Source of the DNA: Acidimicrobiia bacterium
Lineage (GTDB): Bacteria; Actinomycetota; Acidimicrobiia; Acidimicrobiales; SZUA-35
Assembly: GCA_029863385.1 (NCBI GenBank)
Contig: JAOTVU010000003.1
Coordinates: 65-64,064 of the forward strand
Direction: 5' to 3'
Length of the DNA stretch: 64,000 bases
Shown: positions 1 through 9,987 of the stretch, in pieces
Position numbering within the stretch: the stretch's first letter is position 1
How the letters are laid out: every line of letters begins with the position of its first letter
Made by a program: the position numbers and the translations under genes
Notes under the pieces: model-generated
Told to the model about the DNA's origin: nothing
What the model saw: only the letters and a program-made list of their open reading frames with translations
The model's database searches: none

Positions 1-89
1 AGGGCGGTGACGGCATCGCCGGCATCGATGAGGTGGCGGACCAGGTGAGGTCCGACAAAGCCTCCGGCACCGGTGACGAGCGCTTTCAC
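1..89 (-). CDS. NAD-dependent epimerase/dehydratase (NDP-sugar; N-terminal fragment, runs off the window edge)
   Basis: Reverse strand from GTG at 89 reads MKALVTGAGGFVGPHLVRHLIDAGDAVTA, with the TGxxGxxG Rossmann motif of extended SDRs. TATGAT lies just upstream. Not in the ORF track because it is truncated. Confidence 0.8.
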   Translation of the reverse strand, partial: MKALVTGAGGFVGPHLVRHLIDAGDAVTA

Positions 90-210
90 CCCCGTGATCA
101 TAGTGGTCGGTTTCCGTCGCCTCGGTCATGGATGTTCGGTGGCTGATGTCGAGGCCCGCCTTTGATGTCGTCGATGAAGCGTTTCGGGGGGACGCAACGA
201 GTAGCATTCG

Positions 211-3200
211 GTGGTCGTGACTCACATCAACGAATCACCTTCTGTCGACCGAGCAGCGGTTCCGTCGATCGCACCGGATTCGGTCCCCGACGCTCCGGAA
301 ATGCGGGACATCCCGGCGGTGGTGGCGGTCGTGGTGGCCTCGAACCCGGGTCCTCACTTCGCTCAGACGCTCAGCTCACTGGCCCAGCAGGACTATGAAA
401 ACCTGTCGGTCCTCGTCGTCGACGCGGGCAGCGACGAGCCGATAGCGGAACGGGTGGCCGAGGTCCTGCCCAAGGCCTACCTCCACCGTCTGGCCGGCGA
501 TCCCGGGTTCAGCGTGGCCGCAAACCAGTCGTTGGAGCTGGTCTCAGGGTCACCGTTCCTGCTGTTCTGCCACGACGACGTCTACCTCGAGCCCGATTGT
601 GTCTCGACTCTGATGAGCGAGCTGTATCGCAACAACGGCGGTATCGCCTGTCCCAAACTGGTGAGTTGGGACGACTCCCGCCGCCTGGCCCAGCTCGGCA
701 TGGGTTCGGACCGCTTCGGCGTGATGTTCGACCAGGTGGAGCGGGGCGAATTCGACCAGGACCAGTACGACGCGGTCCGCGAGGTCTTCGTCGCGCCCGG
801 CGGCGTGCAGCTCATCCGGGCCGACCTCTTCGCCGCGCTCGGCGGTTTCGACCCCGGCATCAAGGTGCTGGGTGAGGACCTCGACCTCTGTTGGCGTGCC
901 CACGTGGCCGGGGCACGGGTCATCGTTGTCCCCGGAGCCAAGGTCCGCCACCGGGAAACCATGGACGAGCGGGTCAACCAACGCGAACGACGACGCCTGC
1001 TGGCCCGCCATCGTCTGCGGACCGTGCTGGTCACCGCCGAGCGGCGCACGATGCTCACCTACGTGCCGCTGGCGTTCGTCCTGATCGTGCTGGAGACGCT
1101 CTACGCCCTCGCTGCCGGGCGCCGGGGTCAGGCCCGCGACATCATGGCGTCGATCCCGTGGAACCTGTCGCGGCTCGACGACGTCCGCCGCCGCCGCCGG
1201 CTGGTTCGCCGTACCCGCTCGGCCAGCGACGCCAAGGTGGCCGAGCTGCAGATGCGGGGATCGGCCCGTATCGCCAACTTCTCACGCGGTCAGGTCTCGG
1301 CTGGTCAGGACCGTTTCTCGGATCTGGTCGGTTCGGTGCGATCGTCGTTCGCCGGCGAGGACGCCGGCAATGTCCGCGACGCCGTGGTGATCAGCCTGTT
1401 CGTGGCGGTGCTCCTGCTGTTCGGCAGCCGCCACCTCCTGACCAGGGGCGTCGTTCCCGTCGGGCAGATCCCGTCCGTGCCCGATGGGCTTTCCTTGTTC
1501 CGCGAGTGGCTGGGAGGGTGGCGATCGACCGGAACCGGAGGACCAGGGAATGCGCCAACGGCGCTGTTCGTTCTGGCTGTCGGTCGGCTGCTCTTCTTCT
1601 GGGGTTCGGGGCTGTTCCAGACGCTGGTGGCCGTCGGGCCGGCCCTGTTCGCACCGCTCGCCATGTACCGTTCGCTGCGGCCGCTCTCCAGCGCCCGAGC
1701 GGCGATGGTGGCTGCGCTTCTCTACGCCTGCAACCCCCTGGTCGTGGCCATGTTCTCGGCCGGTCGGTGGGATGCGCTCGTGGTCTGGGCCGCCGCACCC
1801 TACCTCCTGTCGAGTCTGTTCAAGCTGAGCGGTCACAGTCCGTTCGGGACGGGCGGTGGCCCGTCCGGGCCCGGTGTCGCCGACCGGTCCGAACCGGTTC
1901 GGCTGATCCGATTCGGATTCCTCGTGGCCATCGTGGCGACCTTCGTGCCCGCCATCGTCCCCGTGGCTGCGGTGACCGCACTCGTGTTCACCGTCGTCGC
2001 GCTGGCCACCGGCGCAGGCCGCCCGAGGGAGCTGGCGTTGGCCTCGGTGGTTTCGGTCGTCGCCGCCGTCGCCCTCCACGGACCGTGGAGTTACGACCTG
2101 CTCCGCAGCCTCACATGGCGGTGGGTGATCGGTCCCGACTCGCCGGAGACGTCGTTCTCGACACTGCTCGAGCTCATCCAGTTCGCGCCGAACACCTACT
2201 CGCCGAGAGTTCTCGTGCTGGCCATGGTTGGCCTGGCTGTGCTGGCGCTGCTGTACACCCGTCAGAATCTGCTCCACATCGGCCTCACGGGCTGGCTCGT
2301 GGCCATCACCTTCTGGGGGCTCGCCTGGTCCGACCGTCGAGGCTGGCTGCCGATCGAGCTTCCCGCACCGGAGATTCTCCTGGCGATGGCCGCCGCCGGC
2401 TTGTGTTACGTCGTGGCGGTCGGCGTTCGATCGCTCGAGATCGAACTGACCGGGGGCAAGCTGTCGAACCGGGGTGTCCAGATTCGAAAGCTCGGTGTGA
2501 CGCTTGGATCCGTGGGCGTCGCCGCCATGTTCCTGGTCGGCGTGCTCGGGGCGTTCAGCGGTTCCTGGCGGGCGCCGTCGTCCAACTTCGCCTCGTCGGT
2601 CGATTTCCTGGTCGAGCGGGCCAACACCGAGTTCGAGGTTCCCGTCCAGAGCCGCGTGCTGTGGATCGGCGACGCCTCGGTGCTGCCGCTCGACGCCATG
2701 CACTCCGACACCGGGATCGACTATGTCGTCACCGACGGCGGCACGGCCGAGGTCTGGGGCCGCTGGCAGGCCGGACCGGTGGGCTCGACCGACGGGGTGG
2801 GTCGCCAGCTCGATCTGGCCCGGGCGGGCGAGATCGTGCGTCTCGGGCGCCTGCTCGCCCCGTACGGCATCGATTACGTGGTCGTCACCGAAAAGCTGGC
2901 TCCTTCGCCCTACGACGGACCTTCGATCGATGCCGGCGACGGCATCCAGCGGGCGCTGGCCCAACAGCTCGACCTCCAGCGGGTGCCCGGTGTACCCGAC
3001 CTGGCGGTGTTCCGCAACCGATCGAGCCGCGGCGTCACACCACTCGTACCCTCGACCGATCAGGCGCAGGCAAAGACCGCGGCTGAAACCCTCGACGTCG
3101 ATCTGACGTCGGGGGTGGCCGGCTTTGTGCAGGAGCAACCGGGTCGCTGGTTGATCGACGCTCCGGAGGGATCCGACGTGCTCGTCTCGCTGCACAGCAA

Positions 3201-3399
3201 CGGGTTGCAGGCGTCGGGCTCGCGGACCGAGGCCATCTCCGGATTCGACGAGCTTCTCGTTCTCCCCTCGGGATCCGGTGGTGAGGTCGTCGTCGAGTTC
3301 GCCTCCGGGTTGCAGCGTCGCCTCGCCATCCTGGGCCAGTTCTTCCTGGTCGCCATCGGCGCCCTGCTGGCGCAAACCCGGCGGGAGGGAGCGACATGA
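211..3399 (+). CDS. Large GT2 family glycosyltransferase with multi-pass membrane C-terminal region
   Basis: N-terminal GT-A fold (VVDAGS, HDD, GEDLDLCWR motifs) followed by many hydrophobic segments. Overlaps the next gene (ATGA). Start may be GTG 217. Confidence 0.85.
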   Translation: MVVTHINESPSVDRAAVPSIAPDSVPDAPEMRDIPAVVAVVVASNPGPHFAQTLSSLAQQDYENLSVLVVDAGSDEPIAERVAEVLPKAYLHRLAGDPGFSVAANQSLELVSGSPFLLFCHDDVYLEPDCVSTLMSELYRNNGGIACPKLVSWDDSRRLAQLGMGSDRFGVMFDQVERGEFDQDQYDAVREVFVAPGGVQLIRADLFAALGGFDPGIKVLGEDLDLCWRAHVAGARVIVVPGAKVRHRETMDERVNQRERRRLLARHRLRTVLVTAERRTMLTYVPLAFVLIVLETLYALAAGRRGQARDIMASIPWNLSRLDDVRRRRRLVRRTRSASDAKVAELQMRGSARIANFSRGQVSAGQDRFSDLVGSVRSSFAGEDAGNVRDAVVISLFVAVLLLFGSRHLLTRGVVPVGQIPSVPDGLSLFREWLGGWRSTGTGGPGNAPTALFVLAVGRLLFFWGSGLFQTLVAVGPALFAPLAMYRSLRPLSSARAAMVAALLYACNPLVVAMFSAGRWDALVVWAAAPYLLSSLFKLSGHSPFGTGGGPSGPGVADRSEPVRLIRFGFLVAIVATFVPAIVPVAAVTALVFTVVALATGAGRPRELALASVVSVVAAVALHGPWSYDLLRSLTWRWVIGPDSPETSFSTLLELIQFAPNTYSPRVLVLAMVGLAVLALLYTRQNLLHIGLTGWLVAITFWGLAWSDRRGWLPIELPAPEILLAMAAAGLCYVVAVGVRSLEIELTGGKLSNRGVQIRKLGVTLGSVGVAAMFLVGVLGAFSGSWRAPSSNFASSVDFLVERANTEFEVPVQSRVLWIGDASVLPLDAMHSDTGIDYVVTDGGTAEVWGRWQAGPVGSTDGVGRQLDLARAGEIVRLGRLLAPYGIDYVVVTEKLAPSPYDGPSIDAGDGIQRALAQQLDLQRVPGVPDLAVFRNRSSRGVTPLVPSTDQAQAKTAAETLDVDLTSGVAGFVQEQPGRWLIDAPEGSDVLVSLHSNGLQASGSRTEAISGFDELLVLPSGSGGEVVVEFASGLQRRLAILGQFFLVAIGALLAQTRREGAT

Positions 3400-5147
3400 A
3401 CCGCTGGCCCTTCATATTCGTGGTATTTGGCCTCCTGGCCGCCGGCCTGGCCTACGACCGAGTCTCGGAGCCGGATCCGATCTCGACCACGGCCGAGATC
3501 GTCGAGTTCGACGTCATCACTCCGGCGCTGTCGGATCCGCCGCACCTGGACAGCGCCTGGTACTGCCCCATTGGATCGAGTGACTCGGGCGGCTTCGCTG
3601 ATCACGAGGTCTACATTTCGAACCTGGCCGAGACCTCGGCGGTCGCCAACCTCAGTATTCTCACCGCCGACGGCCAGGGTGCCGGTCGCCGAATCGAGCT
3701 GGCCCCGCTGCAGACCGAGCGGGTTCAACTGTCCGAGAGCCAGGAGAGCCCGGTGGCCGGGGCCGTGGTGGAGATCATCTCCGGCGAGGGTGTGGTCGGC
3801 CATGCGGTCACCACCGATCACGGTCGGGCCGAGGGTCCGTGCGCGACCCACGTCTCGAACCGCTGGTACTTCGCCAGCGGTCGCACCGAGCTCGATTCGA
3901 AACAGTACGTGGCCCTCATGAACCCCTTCCCGGAAACGGCGGTGTTCAACGTCGAATTCCGCACGCTGGCCCGTAGCCGGCAACCCCAGGCTCTGCAGGG
4001 CGCCTCGGTTCCCGCCCGATCGGTCCGCATCATCGACATCGGTGAGAACATCACCAGCGAGGCCAACGTCGCCACCATCGTCACCACCCAGCGGGGCCGG
4101 TTGATCGCCGAGCGGTTACAGGTGATCGACGGCAGTCTCGGAGCGAACGGAGCGGCGCTCCAGCTCGGTGTCGCCCGCCCGGCCAACAGCTGGATCATGC
4201 CTGCCGGACGCATCAACGAGGGCGGCGATCACAGCCTCATCGTGTTCAATCCGGCCGAACCGAACGATCCGGTGCTCTCCGTCAACGAGGAAGGCGAAGA
4301 GGTGCTGATCGACGATCAGTCGGAGACGACGGCGGTCGTCGACATCCAGATGTGGCCGAACAACCCTGCCGATCTGTCCCTGTACGGGGTGGTGACGACC
4401 ACCCGGGAGATCCGGCCCGGAAGTTTCGAGACGATCGACATCGGCGCCCAAGCGCTCCGTTTCGGTTTCCCGCTGCCCTACGAGCTCGGCGTCAACGTGC
4501 TGGTCCAGAACGATCTGCCGGTCGTCGTCGAGCGATGGCAGGTGGCCAAGACCCTCCAGGATCCGAGTGACCCGGCCGCCATTGTGGCCGCTGCCGAGGA
4601 CGACGAGGAGGAGCCGCCCGAGGACGGCTCGGAGGCTGCCGCCGACGGCGCCGATGAGGACGCCACCGCAGACGAGGAGGCCGCCGCCGATGGCGAGGAG
4701 GGTGACGCCGCGGCCGACGCCGGAGCCGAAGAGGGCGCCGAGGGTACCGAGGTTGTGGAGAACCCGGTGGTCGACATCAACGGCGAACCGCTCCCTCAGC
4801 CGACGGCGACGGCCGGTCTGGCCACCAGCAGGGGAGTGGAGCAGTTGTCGACCCGGTGGATCGTGCCCTGGGTGACCGTCGCCGGCGATTCGACCGCGGT
4901 GATCGTCGTCTCGCCCGAAGAGGCCTCGGTCGAGGTTCGGGTGATGACCAACGGCGGGTTTGTCGGCCCGACCAGGGCGACCGTACCCCGCGGCGGCAGA
5001 ACGGTGGTCCCGATCTCCCTTCCGGCCGGTGGTGGCGGCGTGATCGAGATCACGTCGGACGTCCCGGTGGCGGTCGAGGCGATGACGGTGTTCGCCGACG
5101 AGAGCCAGGACGTGATTCCGGCGATTCCCACGGTCACCCGGTCCTAG
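3396..5147 (+). CDS. DUF5719-like secreted/membrane-anchored protein
   Basis: N-terminal TM, WYCP and WYFASG motifs, repeated beta-rich units (ALMNPF / IVFNP). Sits after a large GT2, as is typical in actinobacteria. Acidic low-complexity insert at about 4590-4760. Confidence 0.65.
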   Translation: MNRWPFIFVVFGLLAAGLAYDRVSEPDPISTTAEIVEFDVITPALSDPPHLDSAWYCPIGSSDSGGFADHEVYISNLAETSAVANLSILTADGQGAGRRIELAPLQTERVQLSESQESPVAGAVVEIISGEGVVGHAVTTDHGRAEGPCATHVSNRWYFASGRTELDSKQYVALMNPFPETAVFNVEFRTLARSRQPQALQGASVPARSVRIIDIGENITSEANVATIVTTQRGRLIAERLQVIDGSLGANGAALQLGVARPANSWIMPAGRINEGGDHSLIVFNPAEPNDPVLSVNEEGEEVLIDDQSETTAVVDIQMWPNNPADLSLYGVVTTTREIRPGSFETIDIGAQALRFGFPLPYELGVNVLVQNDLPVVVERWQVAKTLQDPSDPAAIVAAAEDDEEEPPEDGSEAAADGADEDATADEEAAADGEEGDAAADAGAEEGAEGTEVVENPVVDINGEPLPQPTATAGLATSRGVEQLSTRWIVPWVTVAGDSTAVIVVSPEEASVEVRVMTNGGFVGPTRATVPRGGRTVVPISLPAGGGGVIEITSDVPVAVEAMTVFADESQDVIPAIPTVTRS

Positions 5148-5157
5148 CCCCGTCTCC

Positions 5158-5562
5158 ATGGAACGACTGATCATCCTGATCGTGCTGATGGGTCTGGCCG
5201 TCGCCGTGGCGCTCGTCCTCCAGCGGCGGCGGCCCGATCCGCCGAGCGCACCGAGCTATCGGGCCCCCAGGCAACTCGACCGAGACGACTTCACCGCTCC
5301 TGAGGCCCCGTCGCTCGTCGTCGTCTTCGCCTCCGACACCTGCGAGACATGTCCCGGCGTCTGGGCCGTGGTTGCGCCGCTCGGATCCGAGACGGTCGCC
5401 GTGCAACAGGTGACCGTCCAGGCCGATCCAGACCTGCACAAGCGCTATCGCATCGACGGTGTGCCCACGACCGTCGTGGCTGCCGCAGATGGGGTGGTGG
5501 TCAAGGCGTTCTTCGGGCCGCTGTCCGCCGACGACCTCGCCGACGCCGTGGGGCGGGCGTGA
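5158..5562 (+). CDS. Membrane-anchored thioredoxin-like protein
   Basis: N-terminal TM helix, CETC (CxxC) motif and the GVPT cis-Pro motif. Confidence 0.75.
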   Translation: MERLIILIVLMGLAVAVALVLQRRRPDPPSAPSYRAPRQLDRDDFTAPEAPSLVVVFASDTCETCPGVWAVVAPLGSETVAVQQVTVQADPDLHKRYRIDGVPTTVVAAADGVVVKAFFGPLSADDLADAVGRA

Positions 5563-5590
5563 CCCGCACGGCCGTTTCGGCCGTGGCTGA

Positions 5591-5968
5591 CTACACGTGC
5601 TGGTCGATCAGGATGACATTGCCGTCGGGATCGGTCAGGGCGATGCTGGCGGGCCCCGAGCCGGTGTCGTCGTCCCCGATGCTGGCGTCGAGCGTGAGCC
5701 CGGCCGACTCCAGTTGCTGTTGGATGGTGCGGACGTCGTCGAACTCATCAACCGCTGAGGCGTTCGCATCCCAACCCGGGTTGAACGTCAGGATGTTCCC
5801 CTCGAACATGCCGTGGAACAACCCGATGGTCGAGTCGCCGTTGCGCATGATCAGGTAGTTCATCGCCTCGTCGCCACCGAAGATCTCGAAACCAAGCGCC
5901 TGATAGAACGCCCTGGAGGCGGCCAGGTCGCTGACCGCAAGGCTTACGGAGAACGCTCCAAGCTCCAT
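5591..5968 (-). CDS. VOC/glyoxalase family protein
   Basis: [22 protein letters not shown]...[12 protein letters not shown] pattern. GGAGG RBS upstream. Confidence 0.85.
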   Translation of the reverse strand: MELGAFSVSLAVSDLAASRAFYQALGFEIFGGDEAMNYLIMRNGDSTIGLFHGMFEGNILTFNPGWDANASAVDEFDDVRTIQQQLESAGLTLDASIGDDDTGSGPASIALTDPDGNVILIDQHV

Positions 5969-5988
5969 CGGCGGTCGCCTCCTCGACG

Positions 5989-7929
<1,941 letters not shown>

Positions 7930-8410
7930 GATTCAAGCCTAATTGGAGAGCGACTCGTTGCCGAGTCGGACGGTCGTTTCAGGTTTCGAGTGGTTGATTG
8001 CTCCAGAACCCGTCGGTCGTGTCGGGTCTTCGGTTAGCACGAACCCACCGGCGTTCCAACACTGCTTATCGTCGTGTCGTCGGAAGTCGATGCACCATGA
8101 CTAGCCGATCAGACGAAAGACCACCTAAAGTCGGCTGCTTCGATCCCGGATAGAACGCAGTGAAGGCAGCCCGATTTCGTCTCCGGCCGGGTCCGGTTCG
8201 AGCGACGGGCGATACCCTTGTCGGGCAACCAGGCCGTGCTTCGCCTGGGGCAGATGTTGACCCGCGACCACCGCTGGATTCGGCGGCGGTCGCGGTCAAC
8301 AGGGCCGCTCGGGCGTCGTCGGGTCATTCCAGCGGCTTGGCGCCGTATGGGCGGTCTGCAGCCGCTGATCGGGATGAGCGCCTACCGCACCCTGGTAGCG
8401 TCGGAAGGCG

Positions 8411-9148
8411 ATGGCGATTCGACTGCAGCCGGGATGGCCGGCCCGCCGCCCAGAGATTCGCTGGGGTCTCCGGGAGGCGTTTCTCTGCCTGTTGGTTGCC
8501 CAGCTGTTCTCGCCCTTCTGGGCTGCAGGCGTCTTCGGCCTCGCCGGACAGAGCCTCGACGAGGATCCGACGAGCATGGTTCTGTTCATCGGGGCCAATG
8601 TCGGCCTGTGGCTTGCCTATGTGCTCGGCTCGATCGTCATCAGCCGTCGCCTGGGCCGCGGGCCCCGGACCGACTTCGACGTCGGCATCATGGGAAGCTG
8701 GGAGGCGGCCGAGGCGGTGATGACCGGCATCATGCTCCAGCTCATCGCCCTGCCGGTGCTGTACTCGCTGATCGGGCTGTTCGTGGACGTCGACCCCGGT
8801 GAATCGGCCCGGATGATCGTCGACCTCGTCGACAGCCCACTTGACGTCGTCCTGCTCACACTCGCCGTTGTTCTCGTTGCACCGGTTGTCGAGGAGGTCT
8901 TCTACCGCGGTGTCTTTCTGCCCGCGCTCACCGCGGCCACCGGACCGCTCGTCGGTGTGGTCGGCAGTGCGCTCATCTTCGCGCTGGTTCACCAGCAGCT
9001 CGTCGTGATTCCGGGTCTGACCCTGTTCGGGCTCGTGGTGGCGTGGCAGACGGCGACCAAAGGCCGGGTCGGACCGGCGATCGTCACGCACATGGCCTTC
9101 AATGCCACGACCGTGGTGCAACTGCTGCTGACCTCGCCGAACCTCTGA
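8411..9148 (+). CDS. CPBP (Abi/CAAX) family intramembrane glutamic endopeptidase
   Basis: EEVFYRG, FALVH and HMAFN motifs in a multi-TM protein. Start uncertain. Confidence 0.88.
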   Translation: MAIRLQPGWPARRPEIRWGLREAFLCLLVAQLFSPFWAAGVFGLAGQSLDEDPTSMVLFIGANVGLWLAYVLGSIVISRRLGRGPRTDFDVGIMGSWEAAEAVMTGIMLQLIALPVLYSLIGLFVDVDPGESARMIVDLVDSPLDVVLLTLAVVLVAPVVEEVFYRGVFLPALTAATGPLVGVVGSALIFALVHQQLVVIPGLTLFGLVVAWQTATKGRVGPAIVTHMAFNATTVVQLLLTSPNL

Positions 9149-9342
9149 TCGCGCGGATCATGAGCCACGCGACCCATAGCAGCCGCTGACGCTAACGATC
9201 GTGCCCGTCGGGCCGACCCAAGGACTCGCAACCGAGGACCACTCGGCGGCTCGAAACCGGGGTTGCGGCGCACATGGCGACGACACCTTGAATGAGTGCC
9301 GAGTGGAGTGGCAGACGGTCCAGGCCGCCACCAGGAGAGGTA

Positions 9343-9900
9343 ATGAGCACCACCGACGGCAATTCGACAACCAGCCCGCTGCGACGGCGAAAGAGCAAGC
9401 GATTCGATCGCAGCGGTGGATCGCCGCAGGCGACAGGTTCGACGGTCCTCGACACCGACGATGATGCCGCCGACGATGACGTCGAAGTCGACCTTCCGGA
9501 GACGACACTGGAAGCGACCGACCCGGATCCGGTGGCGGTGGAAACGACACCGGACATTGAGGAGCAACCGGAGGCGGCGGCCGGTGCCGACGAGGACGGC
9601 TTCGATGAGACCTCCGCGACGTCGACGCCGCAGGAGTCGGCACTCGCGGTCGTCGAGGAGGACGGCAACACGGATCCTCGACCGGATGCGCCCGGGCGCA
9701 ACCGGACCGTTGACCAGATGACCCCATGCGGTCGCTGCGGGCACGACGTTTCGACCGTTCACATCGAGGTCGACGGCAACGTGCTCATCATGGAGTCCTG
9801 TGACAACTGCGACACTCGGCGCTGGCAGCTCGCCGGGGAAACCGTGGAGCTGCAGCAGGCGCTGGATCACGTCGGAGAACACGCCGGTCGACGTCGCTAG
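9343..9900 (+). CDS. Hypothetical protein with acidic disordered N-terminus and C-terminal Zn-ribbon
   Basis: AGGAGAGG RBS before ATG 9343. C-terminal CGRC-x20-CDNC. Confidence 0.6.
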   Translation: MSTTDGNSTTSPLRRRKSKRFDRSGGSPQATGSTVLDTDDDAADDDVEVDLPETTLEATDPDPVAVETTPDIEEQPEAAAGADEDGFDETSATSTPQESALAVVEEDGNTDPRPDAPGRNRTVDQMTPCGRCGHDVSTVHIEVDGNVLIMESCDNCDTRRWQLAGETVELQQALDHVGEHAGRRR

Positions 9901-9987
9901 GCGAAGCCGGGCCTCGTGGCTGTGGCCCCGCCCCCGCGAAGCGTCCGCGCCGCACGGACATGGTGATTTCTTACTATCGTCTAACAG

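Noticed and set aside
8160-8410. Possible frameshifted N-terminal extension or TAG readthrough of the CPBP gene
   Set aside because: The upstream frames are low-complexity with no recognisable domain, and the 245-aa ORF already has all CPBP motifs.
9285-9315. CIRCE/HAIR operator-like sequence (CCTTGAATGAGTGCCGAGTGGAGTGGCA)
   Set aside because: It has GAGTG half-sites but lacks the inverted symmetry required of CIRCE or HAIR.
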